From NCBI GenBank assembly GCA_018814025.1, contig JAHJAM010000023.1, positions 1,896 through 65,895 of the forward strand: a DNA stretch of 64,000 nt, written 5' to 3'. The notes beneath the pieces were generated by a model. The model saw nothing but the letters and a program-made list of their open reading frames with translations, was not told the origin of the DNA and ran no database searches. Origin of the DNA: Patescibacteria group bacterium (GTDB lineage Bacteria; Patescibacteriota; Patescibacteriia; UBA9934; GWF2-40-263). Position 1 is the stretch's first letter; every line of letters starts with the position of its first letter. Of the stretch, positions 8,977-16,864 are shown one piece after another. The position numbers and the translations under genes were made by a program.

Positions 8977-10356
8977 ATGTTTCGAAAAACCCTCCCCATC
9001 TTCCTCCTGCTCACTTTCCTCTTCACCACCGGCCAAGGCTGCGGCGGTCCTTCGGTGGCCGAGCAAGCGGCCGCTCAGCCCGTCACTTTAACTATCTGGC
9101 GAGTTTTTGATGAAGACGACACCATGAAGGACATCATGAATGCCTACCGAACCCTTCACCCCAATGTTTCTTTTGAATATCGCCAAATGCGGGTTGATGA
9201 ATACAAAAACGAACTTTTGCGCGCTTTTGCCGAAGGCACGGGCCCGGATATCTTTTCCATCCATAACACCTGGATGAATGAATTCAAAAGTTTGATCGGT
9301 CCCTTGCCCGCCTCGCTGACCATTCCCTACATCGAAATCAAAGGCACTATTAAACAAGAAAAAATTATCACTTTGCGCGAAGAGCCTTCGATTACTCCGG
9401 CTCAAGTTCGCCGCGATTTCGTGGATGTGGTGGCTCAAGACGCGGTCATGCGCTATCAGCCCAATCCCAAAGACGTGCCGCAAGAACGAATTTTTGGCCT
9501 GCCCATGTCCGTGGACACCTTGGCCATGTTCTATAACAAAGATTTATTAAACGCGGCCGGGATTGCGCAGCCCCCGACCAACTGGGCCGAATTTCAAGCG
9601 GCCGTCGTCGCTCTCACCAGTATTGGCACGGATGATTTAATTATTCAATCCGGCGCCGCCTTGGGCGGCAGTGCGAACGTGGAACGAGCTTTTGATATCG
9701 TTTCTTTGCTCATGATGCAAAACGGCACGCCCATGATTGATGATCGCGGCAATTGCACCATTGGCTGGAATGATCGAGATAAACAAACCGTGCCCGGCGC
9801 GGACGCAGTCCGCTTTTACACTGATTTCGCCAACCCGCTCAAAGAGGTCTATGCCTGGAATGCCAGCCAGCCCAACTCCTTTGATGCTTTCACTTCCGGC
9901 AAAACCGCTTTCTTCTTCGGTTATTCTTACCACCTGCCTCAAGTCCGCTCGCGCGCCCCGAAACTCAATTTTGCCGTGGCCCCCACCCCGCAAATCAGCG
10001 GCGGCCACACCGTCAATTACGCCAACTATTGGGTGGAAACCGTTTCCAAAGCCACCAAAGCCAACAATTGGGCCTGGGATTTTGTCCAATTCGCCACCAA
10101 GGCCAACCAAGTTCAAAGCTATCTGAAAATCGCCAACCGGCCCACGGCTCGCCGCGATTTAATCAACAGCCAAATCGATGATGAAGATTTAAATCCCTTC
10201 GTCAGCCAATTGCTCACGGCTCAAAGCTGGTACCGCGGCCAAGACATTGAAGTGGCCGAACAAGCTTTCCTGGATTTAATCGATGCGGCTTTAGCTGGAA
10301 AAATTATCGAAGATGAAATTGATCTGACCCAAAGCAAAATCAACCAAACTCTATGA
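8977..10356 (+). CDS. extracellular solute-binding protein, family 1 (sugar-type ABC transporter SBP), lipoprotein
   Basis: Signal/lipobox (..TTGQGC); family-1 signature region ...VDTLAMFYNKDLLNAAGI; no permease or ATPase gene adjacent. Confidence 0.5.
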   Translation: MFRKTLPIFLLLTFLFTTGQGCGGPSVAEQAAAQPVTLTIWRVFDEDDTMKDIMNAYRTLHPNVSFEYRQMRVDEYKNELLRAFAEGTGPDIFSIHNTWMNEFKSLIGPLPASLTIPYIEIKGTIKQEKIITLREEPSITPAQVRRDFVDVVAQDAVMRYQPNPKDVPQERIFGLPMSVDTLAMFYNKDLLNAAGIAQPPTNWAEFQAAVVALTSIGTDDLIIQSGAALGGSANVERAFDIVSLLMMQNGTPMIDDRGNCTIGWNDRDKQTVPGADAVRFYTDFANPLKEVYAWNASQPNSFDAFTSGKTAFFFGYSYHLPQVRSRAPKLNFAVAPTPQISGGHTVNYANYWVETVSKATKANNWAWDFVQFATKANQVQSYLKIANRPTARRDLINSQIDDEDLNPFVSQLLTAQSWYRGQDIEVAEQAFLDLIDAALAGKIIEDEIDLTQSKINQTL

Positions 10357-10781
10357 GGAAAATCATCCTAACAATTTTTGTCGGCTGTCTTTTTCTCCTA
10401 TCCGCTGCCCCGGCCTTGGCCGATGTGTGCAAAAGTGATAGCTGTTCTAAAACCGAAGTCGGCGCTTTCATGCAAGATATTGCCGCCAAATGCTACAACA
10501 CCGGCGATTGTTCCTTGGCCGACATCATGATCGTGATTAACAACGTGGGAATTTATGTCCTGGGCATCATCGGCTCTCTGGTTCTGCTCATGTATGTCAT
10601 CGGCGGCATCATGATGCTGACCTCAGAGGGAGGAGATCGGAAAGTCCAAGGAAAAAAGATGATCGTCGGTGCCACTGTTGGCATGATCATTGTCTTTGCC
10701 GCTTACGCCGCCATCATCACCCTGGACAGTGTTTTGCGCAATCGCGGCCTGGCCGAAACCATTAGCGAACAACAAAAGTAA
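10353..10781 (+). CDS. T4SS-pilin-like (TrbC/VirB2-like) small membrane protein, paralog 1, with 4-Cys insert
   Basis: Signal peptide; C-terminal GGIMMLTSEGG..K..GKK.I..A.VG.II..AAYA two-TM motif shared with the four downstream genes; ATGA start/stop overlap with the SBP gene. Confidence 0.55.
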   Translation: MRKIILTIFVGCLFLLSAAPALADVCKSDSCSKTEVGAFMQDIAAKCYNTGDCSLADIMIVINNVGIYVLGIIGSLVLLMYVIGGIMMLTSEGGDRKVQGKKMIVGATVGMIIVFAAYAAIITLDSVLRNRGLAETISEQQK

Positions 10782-10808
10782 CCAAATCCAACCAATAATC
10801 TTTATCTT

Positions 10809-11159
10809 ATGAGAAAACAATACTGGCTTGGCACTTTCCTGGGGATAACTCTGGCCTGTCTGCCCCTGATCGCCTTTGGCGCCAAATTAACTAATCCCCT
10901 GGGCGAAGGTCCTGATGCCGCGGATTTCCGTGTTATAATAGGCCGAGTTATTCAGTTTCTTTTGGGCTTATCCGGCTCCTTGGCTTTGCTCATGTTTGTT
11001 TGGGGCGGCGTTCAGTGGATGATTTCCGGCGGCGTTCCGGACAAAATCAAAAAAGGCAAAGACACTTTGATTTGGGCAACTATCGGACTTGTGGTAATAT
11101 TTACTGCATACACGCTGGTCAGCACCCTGATCAAGGCTCTGGCCAACAGTCCGGCTTAA
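10809..11159 (+). CDS. T4SS-pilin-like (TrbC/VirB2-like) protein, paralog 2
   Basis: Same architecture: WGGVQWMISGG..DKIKKGKD...GLVVIFTAYTLVS. Confidence 0.55.
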   Translation: MRKQYWLGTFLGITLACLPLIAFGAKLTNPLGEGPDAADFRVIIGRVIQFLLGLSGSLALLMFVWGGVQWMISGGVPDKIKKGKDTLIWATIGLVVIFTAYTLVSTLIKALANSPA

Positions 11160-11221
11160 CTCGTATCTTTATCAAATAACTTAATTAACCTCACTATAAA
11201 CTTAAGAGGTAAAACATCCAT

Positions 11222-11614
11222 ATGAAAGAACTTTATTACAAAATCGGCACCAAGTTAGCCATTTTGCCCGTGCTCTTAGCCCCTAAAGCCACCTTCGCCC
11301 AAGCTTTGGGACAAGAAGATCTTTTCGGCGGCATAGGTTCAGAAGAGTTTGCTGGCTCTGCCGGTTTGGGAAGCGCTAATTTGACCGATACCATTGCTTC
11401 CATCATCCGCACCATCCTCGGATTTTTAGGCATCATCGCCGTGGTCATTATCCTCTTCGGCGGTTTCAAGTGGATGACTTCCGGCGGCGCTGAAGAAAAA
11501 GTTAAAGATGCCAAAAAACTCATCATCTCCGGCATTATCGGTTTGGTAATTGTACTCTCGGCCTTTGCCATTGCCTCATTTGTCATCACCAACATCGCTC
11601 AGGTTGCTGCTTAA
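11222..11614 (+). CDS. T4SS-pilin-like (TrbC/VirB2-like) protein, paralog 3
   Basis: FGGFKWMTSGGAEEKVKDAKKLIISGIIGLVIVLSAFAIASFVITN. Confidence 0.55.
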   Translation: MKELYYKIGTKLAILPVLLAPKATFAQALGQEDLFGGIGSEEFAGSAGLGSANLTDTIASIIRTILGFLGIIAVVIILFGGFKWMTSGGAEEKVKDAKKLIISGIIGLVIVLSAFAIASFVITNIAQVAA

Positions 11615-11687
11615 TCGAAACGATTTTCTTGGGCCAACCATTGGTTGGCCCATAACGCAAGCGGATAATTTTTTATCCCTTCGCGTT

Positions 11688-12149
11688 ATGAAAAAGATCC
11701 TCAACGCCTTTTTCTTGATCATTATCGGTCTGTTCTCGTTCAGTGCCGTCCCGGCCTTGGCCCAAGGCGGCGTGGCTTTGGAAGGCCTGGATAAAACCGC
11801 GGGCGTGGCCGAATACACCACTGGCGAATCCGCCAATCTGACTAATGTCGTGGGTGGGTTGATTGGTTCGCTTCTGGGCGTACTCGGCATCGTTTTCGTC
11901 ATCCTGCTTATCTATGGCGGCATCAGATATATGACCGCCAGCGGTGATGAAACGCACGTCAAAGAAGCCAAAAGCCTTTTAATCGCAGCCACTGTCGGAT
12001 TAATTATCACGATTTCTGCTTACGCCATTGCCTCATTTACCCTGTCGAGATTATCCATTGGCTTAGGTATTGATAATCAGGGAAAACTAATCTGCGATCC
12101 GGAAACCGGCGTCTGTGTTCAAGGCGGACCAGCCGTTCCCTCTGACTAA
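11688..12149 (+). CDS. T4SS-pilin-like (TrbC/VirB2-like) protein, paralog 4, with Cys-containing C-terminal tail
   Basis: Start placed at MKKILNAFFLIIIGLFSFSAVPALAQG (signal peptide); YGGIRYMTASGDETHVKEAKSLLIAATVGLIITISAYAIASF; the upstream extension of ORF 11550 is rejected. Confidence 0.5.
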   Translation: MKKILNAFFLIIIGLFSFSAVPALAQGGVALEGLDKTAGVAEYTTGESANLTNVVGGLIGSLLGVLGIVFVILLIYGGIRYMTASGDETHVKEAKSLLIAATVGLIITISAYAIASFTLSRLSIGLGIDNQGKLICDPETGVCVQGGPAVPSD

Positions 12150-12194
12150 TTGCAACATAAATTTTATTTATAATAATCAATTATCTAAATCGCT

Positions 12195-12578
12195 ATGAAA
12201 AACATGTTCTACAAAATCGGAGCCTGGATCTCCGTTCTCCCGGTCCTTCTGCTCCCCACCGCCACTTATGCCGGACTTACCGATGCTGGCACTAACCTGT
12301 CTCAAGTTGGCGATGCCGCTAGTTTATCGCAAAACGAAAGAAGCTTACCGAAATTGATTGGTGGTTTGATTAACGTCATTATTAGTGTCTTGGGAATTGT
12401 CTTCGTGATTCTAATTGTCTACGCGGGTATCCTTTATATGACCGCCGGCGGCGAAAAAGACAAAGTCGAAAAAGCCAAAAATCTGATGATCCAAGCGGTG
12501 ATTGGTTTAGTCATCATTGTGGCCGCTTACGCCATTTCAAGCTTTGTTATCACCCAACTCACCACCATCACTTCATAA
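12195..12578 (+). CDS. T4SS-pilin-like (TrbC/VirB2-like) protein, paralog 5
   Basis: YAGILYMTAGGEKDKVEKAKNLMIQAVIGLVIIVAAYAISSFVITQ. Confidence 0.55.
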   Translation: MKNMFYKIGAWISVLPVLLLPTATYAGLTDAGTNLSQVGDAASLSQNERSLPKLIGGLINVIISVLGIVFVILIVYAGILYMTAGGEKDKVEKAKNLMIQAVIGLVIIVAAYAISSFVITQLTTITS

Positions 12579-12586
12579 TCTAAATC

Positions 12587-12618
12587 CAAAAACACCCCGC
12601 TTGGGCGGGGTGTTTTTT
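12587..12618 (+). terminator. intrinsic terminator ending the pilin array
   Basis: AAAAACACCCCGC-TTG-GGCGGGGTGTTTTTT. Confidence 0.7.
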
Positions 12619-12622
12619 AATT

Positions 12623-12650
12623 AAAAAAGCCCTCGACCGAAGTCGAGGGC
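12623..12650 (-). terminator. intrinsic terminator of the minus-strand lipoprotein genes
   Basis: On the minus strand AGCCCTCGACTTCGGTCGAGGGCTTTTTT. Confidence 0.65.
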
Positions 12651-12677
12651 TGTGTCAGAGAAAGAACGGAAAGGAGA

Positions 12678-13220
12678 TCAGTAGTACTGATCCACGCTGT
12701 CGACCGGTCCGTTGCCTCGACGCGCGCGCTTTTCCCAGACCTTGCGGCATCGGCCCTGATAGTCGCAGGACAAACCCACAACCACGATCTGAGCTCCGGG
12801 CTGGTCAATCGGCACCCACAAGGCCTGCCCGATCGGCGCCGCCTTGTAAGACACGCTGTCATAGCGCCCGTCGCCGTCCAAGTCCGCAAAGACCTGAGCC
12901 AGCGGCATACCGAAGCAGTTGGTCGATAGCAGATACACGCCCATCGATTCGAAGTTTACCACCATGTGGCTGGCCGTCGGCGCCTTCTTCTCCATGTGCT
13001 GGATCTCGAAGCCGCGGAAACCCACGGGCTTGCACGCCTTGGCCGACAGATGAGAGGCCGCCTTGTTGTACTCCTGCACCTCCACGGACTGGCCTGCCCA
13101 ATTGGGCTGCATGATTCGGGCCGAAGCCAGCTGACCGCGCGAACCCGGGTTATAGGTGAAAGGCACCATCCCGCAACCCACGCTTGCCGCTGCCAGAATG
13201 AGGATTATGAAACATTTCAT
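12678..13220 (-). CDS. hypothetical lipoprotein (GC-rich, atypical codon usage)
   Basis: Signal peptide with lipobox (AASVGC); 180 aa; I recognise no family; composition differs from the flanking genes. Confidence 0.45.
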   Translation of the reverse strand: MKCFIILILAAASVGCGMVPFTYNPGSRGQLASARIMQPNWAGQSVEVQEYNKAASHLSAKACKPVGFRGFEIQHMEKKAPTASHMVVNFESMGVYLLSTNCFGMPLAQVFADLDGDGRYDSVSYKAAPIGQALWVPIDQPGAQIVVVGLSCDYQGRCRKVWEKRARRGNGPVDSVDQYY

Positions 13221-13249
13221 GATTCTTCTCCCTTCTGTTGTAGTGGTTG

Positions 13250-13909
13250 CTACTTCTGATCGAACTCGCCACCCAGCAGGATCTCGTTATCCTTCTTGAT
13301 GACGGTCATCTCGTCCTTCATGACCTTGTTCTCCGTTTCGGCCGCCACCACTCGCTCTTCAAGCTTCTTAAGAGCTTCGGCACCGGCCGCTGACAGGCTG
13401 GCTGTTCCTGACTGGCCGGTTGGCGTATTGGCGAAACCTTGCTGAACCGGCATCGAAGTGCCGCCCAAAGCCGAAACCGGAACTGCCGTCGGCGCCTGCA
13501 CCCCATTCATCCTCATCATCTGATCCCGAAGGGCCATCTGAGAATCCATGAGGTAGATCTGATCGATCCCGCCGCCGAACATGTTACCCATGCCCGGCAT
13601 ACCCATCATACCCATACCATTGCCACCAGAGGCTGCCTGGACCACACTCGCGTCGCCTGTGGCGGCGCGCTTGCAGTTCCCGAAATTGTCGCAGTCCTCG
13701 ATCTGGGCGTTCTTGCCTTCTTCCATGGCCTTAGCCGTTGCCTTAGCCACCACCGTATCCGCGGTCTCGAACCCGTGGGTCTTCTTCTCTACCCTGACCT
13801 TGGCATGGGTCTCGGGATCTGTCTCGTACCGGACCTTGGACTCGGAAGTGTAAGCACATCCCGAGAGCATCGAAATCGCCAACGCGATCATCATCACTCG
13901 CTTCATCAT
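13250..13909 (-). CDS. Met/Gly-rich lipoprotein with C-terminal coiled coil
   Basis: Start placed at MMKRVMMIALAISMLSGC (lipobox LSGC); low-complexity GNGMGMMGMPGMGNMFGGG segment; C-terminal heptad-like KKLEERVVAAETENKVMKDEM. Confidence 0.45.
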   Translation of the reverse strand: MMKRVMMIALAISMLSGCAYTSESKVRYETDPETHAKVRVEKKTHGFETADTVVAKATAKAMEEGKNAQIEDCDNFGNCKRAATGDASVVQAASGGNGMGMMGMPGMGNMFGGGIDQIYLMDSQMALRDQMMRMNGVQAPTAVPVSALGGTSMPVQQGFANTPTGQSGTASLSAAGAEALKKLEERVVAAETENKVMKDEMTVIKKDNEILLGGEFDQK

Positions 13910-14111
13910 CGCCTCCTGCTGGTTAAAACCAGACGTTCTGACTGTTAATATTTCAAGGTCCAAAAAAGGCACCAACTCGAGGGGATGTTATACGCCCGGT
14001 AGTCCAACCAATGGTTGCACTTCCGGGTCAAGCCGGAACGTCGTTTCGTTTGGCTTCATAACATAAGTTAGCACCTTTTTTGACCCCTCAAATGTCATTT
14101 TGCAACAGCTA

Positions 14112-14140
14112 AATATATCACAATTTTACGATTTTGTCAA
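14112..14140 (-). promoter_or_regulatory. consensus sigma70-like promoter (TTGACA-N17-TATATT) for the lipoprotein genes
   Basis: Minus-strand TTGACA at 14135-14140 and TATATT at 14112-14117 with an exact 17-nt spacer; a leader of about 190 nt reaches the gene start near 13909. Confidence 0.5.
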
Positions 14141-14197
14141 CCCGATAGGACAGCAAACGGTTGTACTACCGGGTCAAGGGTTTGAGGCTAATTTTAG

Positions 14198-14238
14198 TAA
14201 AAAAAGAGCCCAAGCGCGTGTAACAACGCGCTTGGGCT
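14198..14238 (-). terminator. intrinsic terminator of the 799-aa membrane protein gene
   Basis: Minus strand AGCCCAAGCGCG-TTGTTACA-CGCGCTTGGGCT followed by CTTTTTTT. Confidence 0.65.
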
Positions 14239-14243
14239 AGAAG

Positions 14244-16643
14244 TTAAAAGGACTTGCAATTCTTATCGAACTTAGCCTTGGCCGCCTGATTGTTGGCCAT
14301 CAGCTCCTTCCAATTGGCACACAGAGCCTGCTGTCTGGGCGTGAGCTTCGGCTTTCCTCCCTGCTTCTTGCCGCCAGTCCCAATGGACCGAACAACCGGG
14401 CTTGCTCTGGGCAGATCGTTCTTGGAAACCTCGCCCCTGAACAGGAGCCAGCCCAGGAAGATGGCAACCAACATGGCCGATATTGTAGCGATCAAACCGG
14501 CCAAGTCAGGGCTGAAAGCGCTCAGCCCATCTTTGTACGAGCGTTGCATGCTTGCCCTGACAACCCCGCCGATCACCAAACAAATGATGATAGACAGAAT
14601 CACGAACAGTGCCTTACCACTGAGATCAGGCAGCTGATCAACGCCCATGATCGACAGAGAACTGTCGTTGATCATGTATTTCTGCTGGCCGGAAGGCGTC
14701 TCCACGGTCTTGACCAGAACTCCGGGCAAATTGACCATCGTGCCCTTGGGCAGGACCACGATCCCGGCCGCTCCGTCGCACGTGAAGTGCTCGACCAAAG
14801 CCTTTTTCTGCGCTTTAGCCTCAGTCTGCTTGCTGACGTTGTTCTTATTCTCCTCAGTCAACAAGCACTTGTCAGTCAAAGCCGCACTCAGCTTCTCACC
14901 GAAGACCTTGAGGGCCGGCTCGTAGCGCTGGCCCGGCAAAGGCACAACCAGGGTGTTAACCTGCTCGCCCTTGTCCGAAAACTCAGCCTGCCAAGCCACG
15001 GTCACGGGAAAAGCTGCACTCTCGCGCAAATCGTTGATCACGGCCGCTCGGCCGCACACCAACAACATCACGATCGCCAGCAAGATCGGCCAAGTGCCGA
15101 TCCGCTCTTCGCTTTTGGCCGAAAACAGCCAGGCCGAGAGCAGCAGCGCCGCCAACGTTCCCACCACTCGGCCGAACATCGCAAAGTCAGCCAAGTTAAT
15201 GAACACGCACAGGACCATGTTGAGCACGATCGCCCAAGCCAGACCCCGAGCGTAATTCACGCCCCAATGGAAATCTCGGCCGGCCGCGATTTCCGTGACT
15301 CGATCCAGCACTGCCTCCACAGCCTTCACCGGAAGCAGTAGCAAGGCAAGCGGCAGTCCCAGCCCCATGGCCAGCCCAATCGCCAAGACCGGGTAACCGA
15401 TCAGTGTGGCCAACCATGGCAAAGCCAGGAGCAACACCGCGATCAGCAAGCCCACAATGGACCGCTTGACCCAGGTCCAGATGAACTGTTTTCGGCGCGT
15501 GGCGACTTGGTCGCCTCCCTCATCGTCCGTAAACAAAGAGAGAATCGTCGATTTCCACTCCTGGAAGGGCGCCAATTCCGCGCCGCTCACATCAAGAGCG
15601 GTGATGTATTCGATCATGAACTCTTCCGGCATTGTGCCGTCAGGCTCAATTTTTCCCTCGAGCTGATGAGCCAGCTCTTCCAGGACCTGCACATTGCGAA
15701 TCGTCGCCGGATTATTGACCGCTTCCAAGAACTTCTCAAAGTTCTTGTACTTGACTGAGGTGAAGCTCAGCGAAGTCGTCCCGCGCATCCGACGTGCCAC
15801 CGACCTGATCACGGCCACGTGGACCTTGATCAACAGCGGACTGGCCTGGTCGAAATTCTTGACCGAAGGCTGGGTAGCGGTTGAAGCTTTCTTTTGAAGA
15901 TCAACCTCACCCACATTCCCCATGCACACCGGACAGAAGAATTTCTTCTGAGCCAAAGCGATGCCGATGGGATGAACTTCGACTTTCCAGAGCTTGCCTC
16001 CGACCAGCACATCCTTTTTTAACTTGTTGTCCCACCGTGTGGTCTGGGCATTCAGCTCCTCAAACATAGCCTCCGCACTCGCATACAGCTCGCACGGAAC
16101 CACCGGATTGCCATTCTCCTTCTTCATGACCGTCCCGTCGGCATTGAGCGCCACGCGATGCGCACCAGCCACCCGGGGGGCGACCGCTGCCATCTCGTAC
16201 TCGCCCACCGACGCGGCCGTCGTACCCGCGGCCGGCGTACCCAATTTCTCATCAACCGTCCGGTCAATGAGATCTTCGAGATCCGCATCCGCCAGCCCGT
16301 CCACAGCACCGAAGCACAGATGAGGAATCAGGGCCTTGATCACGGCTTTGGTCTTGGGCTTCAAGTAAGCGCTTGGAATAAAATCCACGAGCCACTCAGC
16401 CGCCCCGCCGACCGCTCGTCCGAACATCTCGAACCCCGGCAGTTTGCGCGCGCCATTGATCAACAGGAAGAAGGACTTGGCGAACTCGTTCTCATTCTGG
16501 CGCTTGGCCAGCTCCACCAGCAATGAACCGGCCACGTTCCGAGCCCCTTTCTCAAAGGTCTCGGTTCCGACCGCCTTGCCGGCAGTACCAAAAAAGTCTC
16601 CAAACCTGCTCAAATCCAAGTCTCCAAAAGTCACCTTGGCCAT
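14244..16643 (-). CDS. large polytopic membrane protein of unknown function (about 400-aa soluble N-terminal region with a CPVC motif, then two TM clusters and a basic C-terminal tail)
   Basis: 799-aa ORF with a good SD (GGAGGAAAGAG) before the ATG; GC-rich with AAG-preferring codon usage unlike the flanks; I recognise no known domain. Confidence 0.5.
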   Translation of the reverse strand: MAKVTFGDLDLSRFGDFFGTAGKAVGTETFEKGARNVAGSLLVELAKRQNENEFAKSFFLLINGARKLPGFEMFGRAVGGAAEWLVDFIPSAYLKPKTKAVIKALIPHLCFGAVDGLADADLEDLIDRTVDEKLGTPAAGTTAASVGEYEMAAVAPRVAGAHRVALNADGTVMKKENGNPVVPCELYASAEAMFEELNAQTTRWDNKLKKDVLVGGKLWKVEVHPIGIALAQKKFFCPVCMGNVGEVDLQKKASTATQPSVKNFDQASPLLIKVHVAVIRSVARRMRGTTSLSFTSVKYKNFEKFLEAVNNPATIRNVQVLEELAHQLEGKIEPDGTMPEEFMIEYITALDVSGAELAPFQEWKSTILSLFTDDEGGDQVATRRKQFIWTWVKRSIVGLLIAVLLLALPWLATLIGYPVLAIGLAMGLGLPLALLLLPVKAVEAVLDRVTEIAAGRDFHWGVNYARGLAWAIVLNMVLCVFINLADFAMFGRVVGTLAALLLSAWLFSAKSEERIGTWPILLAIVMLLVCGRAAVINDLRESAAFPVTVAWQAEFSDKGEQVNTLVVPLPGQRYEPALKVFGEKLSAALTDKCLLTEENKNNVSKQTEAKAQKKALVEHFTCDGAAGIVVLPKGTMVNLPGVLVKTVETPSGQQKYMINDSSLSIMGVDQLPDLSGKALFVILSIIICLVIGGVVRASMQRSYKDGLSAFSPDLAGLIATISAMLVAIFLGWLLFRGEVSKNDLPRASPVVRSIGTGGKKQGGKPKLTPRQQALCANWKELMANNQAAKAKFDKNCKSF

Positions 16644-16830
16644 CTCTTTCCTCCGTATACGGCTAAGCCGATTTGTTTTTAGGTTGTTAACGATCTATTT
16701 AAACTCGGCTAAGCCGAGAGATCTCCCCATATGGGATTGCCGATTAATCGGCCTACCCGCATACGAAAGACACGTAAATATACCATATTTTAGCCAAAAT
16801 GTCAACCCTGTCTGACAGGGCCCTTGAAAC
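16644..16830 (-). promoter_or_regulatory. promoter (TTGACA-N17-TATATT, minus strand, 16777-16805) plus a palindrome-rich 5' leader for the 799-aa gene
   Basis: Palindromes CCCTGTCTGACAGGG (16806-16820, abutting the -35), GCCGATTAATCGGC (16739-16752), CGGCTAAGCCG twice (16660-16670, 16706-16716) and CCGTATACGG (16653-16662). Confidence 0.45.
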
Positions 16831-16864
16831 AAAAAATTCCATCACCGGGTGATGGAATTTTTAC
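16831..16864. terminator. bidirectional intrinsic terminator (ends the Fe-S operon on the minus strand)
   Basis: AAAAAATTCCATCACC-GG-GTGATGGAATTTTT, a symmetric hairpin with A and T runs. Confidence 0.65.

Noticed and set aside
11631-11651. Perfect 21-nt palindrome GGGCCAACCATTGGTTGGCCC between pilin paralogs 3 and 4, considered as a terminator
   Set aside because: It has no downstream T-run, so it is unlikely to be an efficient intrinsic terminator. It is mentioned under the pilin finding as a possible protein-binding or RNA-processing site instead.
14290-16526. Multiple plus-strand ORFs (for example 14544-15341, 15994-16323, 16158-16526) inside the 799-aa gene
   Set aside because: Antisense shadows in the GC-rich island. 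The minus-strand frame is continuous, has an SD, and has TM-helix periodicity.
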